Positions 9,412 through 17,655 of a DNA stretch of 55,080 nt are shown here, piece by piece. The stretch is from contig DATIHX010000011.1 of the NCBI GenBank assembly GCA_035480235.1, positions 66,146 through 121,225 of the forward strand, written 5' to 3'. This DNA comes from Candidatus Saccharimonadales bacterium. Lineage in GTDB: Bacteria; Patescibacteriota; UBA1384; 2-12-FULL-50-11. Both the position numbers and the translations under genes were made by a program. Below the pieces are notes generated by a model. That model was not told the DNA's origin and ran no database searches. It saw only the letters and a list, made by a program, of their open reading frames with translations. The stretch's first letter is position 1, and every line of letters begins with the position of its first letter.

Positions 9412-9833
9412 GGGTACTTTTTCAGGTTATGTTTTTAAGAATTACTACGTTTTATATAAATATACCCGTCCAAAATGTAACAACCGTTGTTACAAAATTG
9501 AAACTAACTACTGGCTAGAAAAAGAAAAATCGTGAGTCCTTTATATATACATATTGATGCAGCTGTTGCACCAAAAAAGATCAGCTGCTGATCCTAAATC
9601 TCGATCAATTCCAGATACACTCAACAAAAAAGTGGAGTCCTTATAAATATATATTCATATTCATCGTTCTGCCTCTAAAACAATTCTGCTAAAGTAACCA
9701 CACATGGACAAGAAAAAACCTCAAAATCAAAAACCACAACCAGAGCCAACAATAGAACCAAAAAAATCAGTAGACGAAAAATACCTCCCCGACACAACCG
9801 AAGAAAAATTTACTGACTTACTGCACAAAGCGA

Positions 9834-10661
9834 TCAAACCCGGGCAATCAGTTCCTGAAACAGAGACCGAGTCGGACCAAACCGATGGTTATAGTGAAAA
9901 AGATACATCTCCAGATAACTCTGAAGATACTTCCGTCTAACAGCGCCATTGTAAGTTCCAAGTAACCCTCGTTTCATAAAGCTCCACAAGCCGTCGATAT
10001 AGCCGGTATGAATATCTTTACTACGGACATATTCGCCGTCTTTGTGCTTAATTGCTTCGTGCTGGTATCCGTGACGGCCTAAGAGTGAGTAGGCTATGTG
10101 CTCATCCGTAATAACTCGGCTATTCTTCTCAACATGTTCAAAAACAAACTTGAAATAACTAACCGGATGGTAGGCTTCCGTTTGTTTGATGCGAGCCTTA
10201 CCTTTTCGCTCGACAACTCCGACAACAGTCGCTTTGCTGCGTAAATCTTTACTCCCTTTCTGCTTACCGCCAACATACATTTCATCGGCCTCGACAGTGC
10301 CAGTTAGTTGATTGTTCGGGATACTTTCGGCCATAAGTTCTCGAATCTTCCGAGCCATTCGCCAAGCGCACTTGTAAGTGACACCCAACTGTCGCTCAAG
10401 TTCTTTAGCACTGACCCCGTTTTTAGCAGCAGAAAATAGATAGACGGCATAGAACCAGTCTGTTAAGCGCGTCGAGGATTTTTCAAAAATAGTACCTTTG
10501 AGAGGGTGGATTTGCTTGCCTTCGCCATTGGCGTAGCACTTACGTTTACTAACACGATAATAGCTTTTAGCGAGCTGCGGGTATTTGGCCTTGAAAACAT
10601 AGTCCAGACAAATATCATCAGTTGAGAACTGGGCCCTAAAGTCTTTGATCGTGTACTTCAT
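9834..10661 (-). CDS. tnp: IS1595-family (ISXO2-like) DDE transposase
   Basis: MKYTIKDF... start (the ORF extends to a TTG at 10679). WFYAVYLF...GVSAKELERQLGVTYKCAWRMARKIR helix-turn-helix, EADEMYVGG, VITDEH, IDGLWSFMKRG...YLxxYLxMYLFHYNHR. Confidence 0.85.
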   Translation of the reverse strand: MKYTIKDFRAQFSTDDICLDYVFKAKYPQLAKSYYRVSKRKCYANGEGKQIHPLKGTIFEKSSTRLTDWFYAVYLFSAAKNGVSAKELERQLGVTYKCAWRMARKIRELMAESIPNNQLTGTVEADEMYVGGKQKGSKDLRSKATVVGVVERKGKARIKQTEAYHPVSYFKFVFEHVEKNSRVITDEHIAYSLLGRHGYQHEAIKHKDGEYVRSKDIHTGYIDGLWSFMKRGLLGTYNGAVRRKYLQSYLEMYLFHYNHRFGPTRSLFQELIARV

Positions 10662-10686
10662 ATATCCAATATCTCTCAAGCCATAT

Positions 10687-10711
10687 TACTTGTCAAGAGG
10701 GGATATGTAGG
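10687..10711. repeat. Right terminal inverted repeat (IR-R)
   Basis: Reverse complement matches IR-L at 23/25 positions. Confidence 0.8.
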
Positions 10712-10719
10712 CATTTCTG
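10712..10719. repeat. Right 8-bp target-site duplication CATTTCTG
   Basis: Identical to 5249-5256. Confidence 0.75.
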
Positions 10720-10748
10720 ACGGTCAACAAGCTGCTGGTGCGAGCGAG

Positions 10749-11342
10749 CTAGCTCGAGTCGTCGCCGCTGGCGCCGCGGTGCAGCTCGATCACTAAACGG
10801 GCCAGCCGGTTGGGGTCGGGGACGTCCTTAATCGTAAAATAACCGCCCAAACCTGGATGATTTTCGTTGTCGCTAGTGCCTTCACCGGCCGTTTCAATCA
10901 CCAGCAACCCGTAGTTAAACAGGCTCTGGAAAAAGCCTTCCATCCGAGCCGAGACGTCTTCAATTTGGGCCAGGCCAAGCTCGGAGACTTCCCGCGACAG
11001 TAGCCCGAGCTGGGCCACGTTAATAATCCGTTCGTTGGTGATGAAGATGACGTCGTAGTAATACTCTAGCCAGGCGCCGAAAAGAAAAGTTAGCAAAAAC
11101 AGATAAAACGACGAACTGATTAAAAGAATAATTGTTCGAGCTTCGTTGAAAGTGTGGGGAAAGGCCAACGGCCCGATGATGTAAACCAAGATTGGAAAGA
11201 TCGCCATCGCCAAAACAATCAGTAATGTGCCTAAAAAGCCGGCTGGGTGCTTGCGGACCACCGCCTGAATTGTTTCGGCCGGATGAAGCGATAAAAAGAG
11301 AAAGGCCGGGTCGTTTTGGTTAACCGTCGTGGTTATTGCCAT
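10749..11342 (-). CDS. Membrane protein with bacterial PH (bPH_2/YdbT-like) domain
   Basis: 197 aa. Two TM helices, then FITNERIINV...IEDVSARMEGFFQSLFNYGLLVIETAG, which is typical of bPH domains. Confidence 0.6.
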   Translation of the reverse strand: MAITTTVNQNDPAFLFLSLHPAETIQAVVRKHPAGFLGTLLIVLAMAIFPILVYIIGPLAFPHTFNEARTIILLISSSFYLFLLTFLFGAWLEYYYDVIFITNERIINVAQLGLLSREVSELGLAQIEDVSARMEGFFQSLFNYGLLVIETAGEGTSDNENHPGLGGYFTIKDVPDPNRLARLVIELHRGASGDDSS

Positions 11343-11530
11343 AAATTTAGTAGTAAATCAGTACTGATAATAATAAACAACATCGCGATAACGTAGAGCG
11401 CCAGAACCGGCAGCGAGGCGTCGCCTGGCAAGCGGTATTTAAAGACCTGGAAAAAATAAAGGAAATTGATGACTAAAATAATCAGCAGAAAAACGCCATA
11501 CGCGAGAAGGATGGCTTGGTTGATGGTCAT
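11333..11530 (-). CDS. Small membrane protein, hypothetical
   Basis: 65 aa with two hydrophobic helices. Overlaps the next gene by 10 nt, so probably in an operon with the CHAP hydrolase. Confidence 0.45.
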   Translation of the reverse strand: MTINQAILLAYGVFLLIILVINFLYFFQVFKYRLPGDASLPVLALYVIAMLFIIISTDLLLNLWQ

Positions 11531-11533
11531 TGT

Positions 11534-12742
11534 TTACGGCCGGATGTAGCTATGGCCGCCAAAATCGTTGGGATTAATCCGCCGTTCGTCGTAGGCGTAG
11601 CGAATCCAGTTGTACTCGGAGACGACGATATCGGTGGGCGAATAAACCACTTCCACCGCCGCGACGTGCCCCCACTGGCTGGTCAGCGGCCCAGCGTCCC
11701 AGCGGACAATATCGCCCGGTTGAGCGCTGCCGGAAACGTGATAGCCCTGATCGGCGGCTAAATTGTTCCAGTTGTAGGCCGAGCCGGAACCCGGCCGAGT
11801 GTTATTAAACGGCCGGCCGAAATTGCGTTGAAAAGCAAAGGCGGCGTAGCTGGTACACTCGCGCGTTAAAAAACCGTGTTCATCGGGTTGGTCTGGTGCG
11901 CTATTGGCGTGCGGGTAACCACCGTTACCGCCGCTCCCTAAAAAGCCCCCGAGCTGCTGGCGTTTGGCGTAAAGGTCGCTAGAAATCTTCGTCACTTCCG
12001 ATTTTAAGTTGTTGAGTAGGGCGGCGTAGCGGGCTTGATCGCCTTGGGTTTGGTTCAACAAATAATTCTTTTGGGCTTTTTGGCCATCGAGCGAAGCCTT
12101 TGATTGCGTTAATTGATTGTTCAAATTTTGCAAGCCGGCTTTTTGCTGCTCGCTTTGCTGCTTTTGGCCGGTCAAGTCGGCGGCCAAACTATTAGCCGTG
12201 CCGATACTATTTTGCAAATCAGTTTGAATCGACTCGATATACTGGCTCTGGTTGAGCAGATCGTCAATGGATTTACTCTGGATAATCATCTCGACCGTAC
12301 TGGTTTGGGAGAGTTCGTAGAGGTTGACGTAGGCGCCTTTGAGTTTGGCGTTCAAATCGTCGAGTTTAGCCTGGTTAGCGGCAATTTGACCGGTCAGCGA
12401 GTCGATGATCGAGTTAGTGGTACCAATCTGATCTTGGGTGTTGCTGATTTGGTTTTGAGTTTGGGAGATCGAGCCGTCAAGGTTATGAATGGCGCTTTGT
12501 AAGTCGCTGGCCTGTTTCTGGGTAGCGGCTAAATTTTTTTGGTTTTGGGTTAAGGCTTGCTGGACACAGGTCTGCTTATCCAGAAGTTGGCTGTAGGTAA
12601 GCTTGCTGTTGTCGGTCGCTAGCAAACTACTGCAGTTGGCCGCTGCCCGGCTAACAGGTGCGCCTAAGAAGCCCAGAACCAATCCGGCAACAGCAATGAG
12701 ACTGACAATCTTGTGGCGAGACCCCTCGGTTGTCATGCCCAA
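11534..12742 (-). CDS. Secreted coiled-coil + CHAP-domain peptidoglycan hydrolase (PcsB-like architecture)
   Basis: 402 aa. Signal peptide, a roughly 230-aa Q/N/L-rich coiled coil, and a C-terminal CHAP domain (CTSYAAFAF...GDIVRW...WGHVAAVE). Confidence 0.8.
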   Translation of the reverse strand: MGMTTEGSRHKIVSLIAVAGLVLGFLGAPVSRAAANCSSLLATDNSKLTYSQLLDKQTCVQQALTQNQKNLAATQKQASDLQSAIHNLDGSISQTQNQISNTQDQIGTTNSIIDSLTGQIAANQAKLDDLNAKLKGAYVNLYELSQTSTVEMIIQSKSIDDLLNQSQYIESIQTDLQNSIGTANSLAADLTGQKQQSEQQKAGLQNLNNQLTQSKASLDGQKAQKNYLLNQTQGDQARYAALLNNLKSEVTKISSDLYAKRQQLGGFLGSGGNGGYPHANSAPDQPDEHGFLTRECTSYAAFAFQRNFGRPFNNTRPGSGSAYNWNNLAADQGYHVSGSAQPGDIVRWDAGPLTSQWGHVAAVEVVYSPTDIVVSEYNWIRYAYDERRINPNDFGGHSYIRP

Positions 12743-12811
12743 TTACCGTAGCAAGGGTTAGCCAAGTAGTCAATTAAGAACACGATGGGTTAATTCGGCT
12801 ATAGTAAATAC

Positions 12812-13570
12812 ATGCGCTTTGCTGCCGGGCTGCACACCAGCCGCCGCCACCACGTGTTAAAAACCAAACGTTTAGGCAGCTTGATCGCGTTCGTCTGGCT
12901 CGCAGCGATCTTGTTGATTTTGGTGCTACTGCTGCGAACGTCACAACTGGATTATCGGCAATTTTTGGACGGTTTTGCCGCCAGCTTGGCGCGAACCTCC
13001 GTCGCCTACGTCGTTGCCTTAATAGTCGGGCTAATTTTAGCGCTCTCAGTCACTGCCCAGCCGATTATCGAAACAATTTTCTTGCCGATACTTGACGTCC
13101 TCCAGAGTTTCCCCAGTTTTGCCTTGTTCCCGGTCTTGATCGCTGGTTTAGCGGGTCATTCAGAAACGATTATTTTGGCCGTGTTAGCCCTCGAAATGAT
13201 CTGGCCGATCCTCTTTTCGATCGTCGGCGCCGTCAAAAACCGGCGGCAAGAGCTGGAAGAAGCGGCAACAATTTTTGGGGCGGTCGGCACCAAACGGCTC
13301 TGGCACTTTGCTTTGCCCGAACTCTGGCCGGCCATTCTGACCGGCTCGATCGTCGGCTGGGGCGAGGGCTGGGAATTTATTATCGGCGCCGAGCTACTGG
13401 TTAGGGTCCACGTCGGCATCGGCCATTACCTTGGGGTGCTCGGCGAAAACAATCAGCGCAATTTACTAGCCTTTGGCATCGTCGGCTTAATGCTCCTCTT
13501 GTTTATGATTAATAAATTATTCTGGCTGCCCTTATTGCGCCAAGCGACCGCCTATCAAAATGACAACTAA
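12812..13570 (+). CDS. ABC importer permease (TauC/SsuC/NrtB-like, BPD_transp_1)
   Basis: 252 aa, about 6 TM helices, EAA-type loop (ELEEAATIFGA...WHFALPELWP). Confidence 0.8.
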   Translation: MRFAAGLHTSRRHHVLKTKRLGSLIAFVWLAAILLILVLLLRTSQLDYRQFLDGFAASLARTSVAYVVALIVGLILALSVTAQPIIETIFLPILDVLQSFPSFALFPVLIAGLAGHSETIILAVLALEMIWPILFSIVGAVKNRRQELEEAATIFGAVGTKRLWHFALPELWPAILTGSIVGWGEGWEFIIGAELLVRVHVGIGHYLGVLGENNQRNLLAFGIVGLMLLLFMINKLFWLPLLRQATAYQNDN

Positions 13571-14309
13571 TTCCGAGCCAATCATTACCGTTCAAAACGT
13601 TTCGAAAACTTTTCAAATCTATGGTCGGGCTGGCGAGACGGTCTTGAGTGAAGTCAATTTCGATATTCGACGGAGCGAATTTCTGACACTCATTGGTCCC
13701 TCGGGCTGCGGCAAGTCAACGTTACTGCGGTTGCTGGCTGGCTTAGACAGAAAATTTACCGGCACCATTACCCGTTCGCCAGGGCTGAAAATTAGTTTGG
13801 TTTTTCAAAACTTTGCCTTGTTTTCGTGGCTGACGGTCGAGGAAAATATCGGTTTTGGCTTGCGTATGAATGGTCAAAACGAAGGATTGATTAAAAAACG
13901 CGTCGCTGAGGAAATGAAATTGGTTGGCCTGGAGGGCTTTGGTAATAAGCACCCGAAAGAATTATCCGGCGGTATGAAACAGCGGGTGGGGCTGGCTCGA
14001 GCGATGGTCATGGATCCAGACGTGTTGTATATGGACGAGCCGTTCTCGGCGCTCGACGCCTTTACCGCTAAAACTTTGCGAGCGGATTTGTTAAAAATTT
14101 GGCAGCAACGCCGGATGACAATCGTTCTAGTTACCCACTTAGTCGACGAGGCAGTCGAGCTCTCTGATCGAGTAGTGGTTTTTTCGGCCCGGCCGGGTAC
14201 CGTTAAAGAAGTGATCGTCAACGACTTACCCCGGCCGCGCCAGCTCCGCGAGCAGAAATTTTATACCCTGGCCGACCGGCTGGAAAATCTGGTAGTAACA
14301 AATAACTAG
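13560..14309 (+). CDS. ABC importer ATP-binding protein (TauB/SsuB/NrtD-like)
   Basis: Walker A GPSGCGKST, signature LSGGMKQR, Walker B LYMDEPFSALD. Overlaps the permease gene by 11 nt. Confidence 0.9.
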   Translation: MTTNSEPIITVQNVSKTFQIYGRAGETVLSEVNFDIRRSEFLTLIGPSGCGKSTLLRLLAGLDRKFTGTITRSPGLKISLVFQNFALFSWLTVEENIGFGLRMNGQNEGLIKKRVAEEMKLVGLEGFGNKHPKELSGGMKQRVGLARAMVMDPDVLYMDEPFSALDAFTAKTLRADLLKIWQQRRMTIVLVTHLVDEAVELSDRVVVFSARPGTVKEVIVNDLPRPRQLREQKFYTLADRLENLVVTNN

Positions 14310-14447
14310 AGCGAATTTCAGGCCGTATCGGCTAAAGCTAAAAAGTCATGAGACTAGCTCCGAAACCAGCCAGATACTTTACTTATTTACAAAAACCCAT
14401 TAAGCTACTTCAGTAATCGTAAATTAACTATCAGGAGGTCTCGGCTT

Positions 14448-14864
14448 ATGCCTATTAAGTCCAAGTTTCATATCGGTGTCGTTCTCGCTCTCATTACTGG
14501 GGTGATTGTGTCGGACGAACACAACTATTTGGGGGACATTTTTTGCCAAATGACTGGTCGAGGACTCACCTCGAATGAGTGGCCCCACGCCGCAAAGCCA
14601 TGTCGAGCTTCGCTTCTCCAGCAGTATCCGATTTTGGCTAAATCAAGAGCAAAAAAAGAATTTGCCAAAATGTGCCGGTCAATAAAGGTCACCGATCAAA
14701 AAGAGCGCCAAGAGCTCCTCATTAATTGGCTGCCAGACTTTCAAGCCACCTTTGGCCTGGAAGATATGTTGGAGGTGGAGGCATTGCCTCCAGGCAGCTA
14801 CGAACGAGTTGGCGCTTTTGAGGCGACCAATCGAATTATCAAACCCCGACGTATTGAAGTCTAG
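14448..14864 (+). CDS. Hypothetical protein
   Basis: 138 aa. AGGAGG 8 nt upstream of the ATG and its own intrinsic terminator. AT-richer than neighbouring genes. Confidence 0.5.
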   Translation: MPIKSKFHIGVVLALITGVIVSDEHNYLGDIFCQMTGRGLTSNEWPHAAKPCRASLLQQYPILAKSRAKKEFAKMCRSIKVTDQKERQELLINWLPDFQATFGLEDMLEVEALPPGSYERVGAFEATNRIIKPRRIEV

Positions 14865-14892
14865 CCTTCTAAGCACGGCCCAGGAATGATCG

Positions 14893-14916
14893 CGGCCCAT
14901 TTATGGGCCGTTTTTT
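14893..14916 (+). terminator. Rho-independent terminator
   Basis: CGGCCCA-TTTA-TGGGCCG followed by TTTTTT. Confidence 0.7.
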
Positions 14917-14960
14917 AAGCCTGCCGACCGCGGCTAGAAAACCTGATGATGACGAAATCC

Positions 14961-16706
14961 CTAAGTTGTTGTCGTTTGTAGCGATAGAAACCGAGCGTAG
15001 AGTTGTTGATTTTTCACAAGATCCCGATGGGTACCCCGCTCTACAATTTTCCCGTTATCTAAGACTAAGATTTGGTCGGCTTTTTGGATGGTGCTCAAAC
15101 GGTGGGCGATCATCACCGCCGTGCGGTTTTTCATTAATTTTTCCAGACCGTCCTGAACGAACTTTTCGCTTTCGGAGTCCAGCGACGACGTGGCTTCGTC
15201 GAGAATAATTAGCTGCGGGTCGCGTAACACCGCCCGGGCGATGGCGATCCGCTGTTTTTCGCCGCCGGAGAGTTTAATGCCGCGTTCGCCGACCAGGGTT
15301 TGGAGACCGTCTGGCAGTTTATCAATAATGTTGTCGGCGTGGGCGATTTTGGTGGCCGCCGCTAATTCCTCGGCGCTGGCTTCGGGCTTAGCGAAACGCA
15401 GATTTTCTTCAATCGTATCGTTAAACAACGCCACGTCTTGCATCACCGTGCCAACTTTCTCGCGGATCGAGTTCTGGCTGAAATTTTCTATCGGCTGGCC
15501 GTTAATTAAAATCTCGCCGCCGGTCGGGGCGTAAAAACGCATCAAAAGTTTAGTGACGGTGGTTTTGCCGACGCCGCTTGGCCCCACTAGCGCCAACTTT
15601 TGGCCTTTGGCGAGCTTGAATGAAATGCCCCTCAAAACATCGGTCGCTTTGCCGGGGTAATGGAACGAGACGTCTTGGAATTCGATACTTTCGATGCCCG
15701 GCAACGGCTTGGCATCCGCGGCGTCAACCACGGTTGGCTTAACATTAAGAATATGGACCAACCGTTCGGCCGAAGTTTCCAAATCACCGGTATTGATAAT
15801 TGTCCGGCTGAGTGGGTTGATGGTGCCGCGAATTTGCAAGAGGTACCAAGAAACTAAAGCCACATCACCGACGCTATTGTGGCCGGTTAAAACACCGTAA
15901 GCCGTCACGCCAAGGGCTAAAACGATAGTGACGCTGTTTAAAATCGCCCGATTATAGTTCGTCCACCACTCCACCCGGGCCTGTTTTAAGCGAATATCGC
16001 GGTAACCGTCGATGGCGGTTAAATAGCGATCGAATTTGTATTTTTCCTGGGCGAAGCTCCGCACGGTTGTAATCTGCGAGATCGTCTCTGTCATCTCACC
16101 CATCCCCTTTTCAGTGTGTTTATGCCATTCTTGGCGCAGAGCTTTGGTTTTAATAACTTTACTGATCGCCCAATAAAAATTGATCGGCAGCGAGATGGTC
16201 ATAATTATGCCAACGGCTGGAATCTTTATCCAAAGAAAGGTGACCACAAAAATCGTCATCAAAACCGAGCCTAAGACGCCGTCGGCCAAGCCCATTACCC
16301 ATTGGCCGAAATCCATGGTGCCGGTATTTATCCGCGACAAAATTTCGCCTGAACGGTTTTGCTCGTAGTAATCGATTGAAACGCTGGTTAAATGCTTAAA
16401 TACTGCTCGCCGAATTTCCCAAATCACGTCAATGAATAGAAAGTCGCTCAGGCGTTCGGCGATGTAGTCAAAGAAAGCGTTAACTACATAAATGCCGAAC
16501 ATCAAACCGAGCGACCAAAAGATTTTATGAGCCACCGTCGCACTCCAACCAGTTCTCACTGAGGCGACGACGATGTTGAGTAGATTGCGGAAAACATAGG
16601 GAATCGCCAGCCCCGCAAAACCCAAAATACTGTTAACTAGAACGACTTTGAGCAGCCGAGCTTTATAACGCGGCACTAATTCAAATAGCCGCCAGATATT
16701 TTTCAT
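14961..16706 (-). CDS. ABC exporter, fused permease/ATPase (MsbA/multidrug-type)
   Basis: Six-TM domain then NBD: GPSGVGKTT, LSGGEKQR, IILDEATSSLD. Start taken at MKNIWRLF (16706). The ORF extends to 16751 but would then overlap ftsX. Confidence 0.9.
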   Translation of the reverse strand: MKNIWRLFELVPRYKARLLKVVLVNSILGFAGLAIPYVFRNLLNIVVASVRTGWSATVAHKIFWSLGLMFGIYVVNAFFDYIAERLSDFLFIDVIWEIRRAVFKHLTSVSIDYYEQNRSGEILSRINTGTMDFGQWVMGLADGVLGSVLMTIFVVTFLWIKIPAVGIIMTISLPINFYWAISKVIKTKALRQEWHKHTEKGMGEMTETISQITTVRSFAQEKYKFDRYLTAIDGYRDIRLKQARVEWWTNYNRAILNSVTIVLALGVTAYGVLTGHNSVGDVALVSWYLLQIRGTINPLSRTIINTGDLETSAERLVHILNVKPTVVDAADAKPLPGIESIEFQDVSFHYPGKATDVLRGISFKLAKGQKLALVGPSGVGKTTVTKLLMRFYAPTGGEILINGQPIENFSQNSIREKVGTVMQDVALFNDTIEENLRFAKPEASAEELAAATKIAHADNIIDKLPDGLQTLVGERGIKLSGGEKQRIAIARAVLRDPQLIILDEATSSLDSESEKFVQDGLEKLMKNRTAVMIAHRLSTIQKADQILVLDNGKIVERGTHRDLVKNQQLYARFLSLQTTTT

Positions 16707-16710
16707 CAAT

Positions 16711-17655
16711 TTAGGCCCTGAGGTAGCGTCGCAGCGAAAAGAGTGAAACAACGATGCCCAGCAGCATGCCGATCGCTAATTGGGAAACCACCAAGACCCA
16801 GAAATGGTTCATGAGGTACTGGAAAAGGTCGATATTAATCAGTTGGAAAAAAGCCAAGGCGCCGGTGGAGCCGTGGAGCGAGTGGGAAGCCAGCGCCGCC
16901 ACAATCACCAAGAACAGCGTCGTAATAATGGTGGCGAACAGGCCGTACATAATGCCTTCAACCACAAACGGACCGCGCACAAAGGCGTTGCTGGCGCCGA
17001 CAAAGCGCATAATTTCAATTTCGTCAGCCCGGGCGGTAATAGTGATTTTAATAATATTTAGCACGTTGAAAATGGCGATAATGCCGAAGAATAAACTCAA
17101 GCCCAAGCCACCCAGCTGAACGAAACGGGTGACCGAAACCAAACGATTAACCGTGTCTTTGTTCTGGGTGTAGGAAACACATTCAGAGCAAATAAGGTGC
17201 CCGGTATCGGCCGTTTGAACTTCGGTGACGACCGTCGGAATCGTATCGGGGTTGGTGGTTTTAATCGCTAGGCTCCGGGGTAACGGGTTATTGGTCGCCG
17301 TCACCGGTTTCTTAATATTTTCGTTAATCGGCAAGCGGTTCCAAATTTGGAGCGCTTCGGTTTTATTAATGAAGTGGACCGAAGCAACGTTAGCGGCGGT
17401 TTTCAGCCGGTTACCAAGATCGGTGATTTGAGCATCGGCGACCGCGTCGTCGCGGAAATAAATCGTTAAGTCGATTTTGGAGCGGATGTTGGCGGCCGTG
17501 TCGCGGAGTAAAAATGTCATTAAGAGCGAGACGCTAATCATGGTGAGTGTCAATGTCATTAGCAGGGTGGCGCCGAGCGTCAGCCAGCGGTTGCGCCAAA
17601 AGTTATTCCACCCGAGCTTAAAAATTCGCGTTAACGACTGCCAGCTAGATGACAT
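16711..17655 (-). CDS. ftsX: Cell-division ABC permease FtsX
   Basis: Four TM helices with a large first extracytoplasmic loop. Directly downstream of ftsE. An alternative upstream start lies at 17682. Confidence 0.85.
   Translation of the reverse strand: MSSSWQSLTRIFKLGWNNFWRNRWLTLGATLLMTLTLTMISVSLLMTFLLRDTAANIRSKIDLTIYFRDDAVADAQITDLGNRLKTAANVASVHFINKTEALQIWNRLPINENIKKPVTATNNPLPRSLAIKTTNPDTIPTVVTEVQTADTGHLICSECVSYTQNKDTVNRLVSVTRFVQLGGLGLSLFFGIIAIFNVLNIIKITITARADEIEIMRFVGASNAFVRGPFVVEGIMYGLFATIITTLFLVIVAALASHSLHGSTGALAFFQLINIDLFQYLMNHFWVLVVSQLAIGMLLGIVVSLFSLRRYLRA

Larger units (their letters stand above)
5257..10711 (-). mobile_element. IS1595-family transposable element carrying passenger genes (5,455 bp)
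   Basis: 25-bp terminal IRs (23/25 match) and an 8-bp direct duplication outside them. Intact IS1595/ISXO2-like DDE transposase at the right end. Interior is visibly AT-richer than the flanks. Confidence 0.8.

Noticed and set aside
9704-9940. 78-aa Lys/Glu/Pro/Thr-rich + strand ORF inside the IS element.
   Set aside because: It has no SD and a low-complexity composition. Its last 107 nt overlap the 3' end of the transposase gene on the other strand. It cannot be excluded as a real small gene but is not supportable from sequence alone.
14903-15208. 101-aa + strand ORF after the 14448-14864 gene.
   Set aside because: It starts beyond the intrinsic terminator and mostly overlaps the C-terminal NBD of the ABC exporter on the opposite strand.
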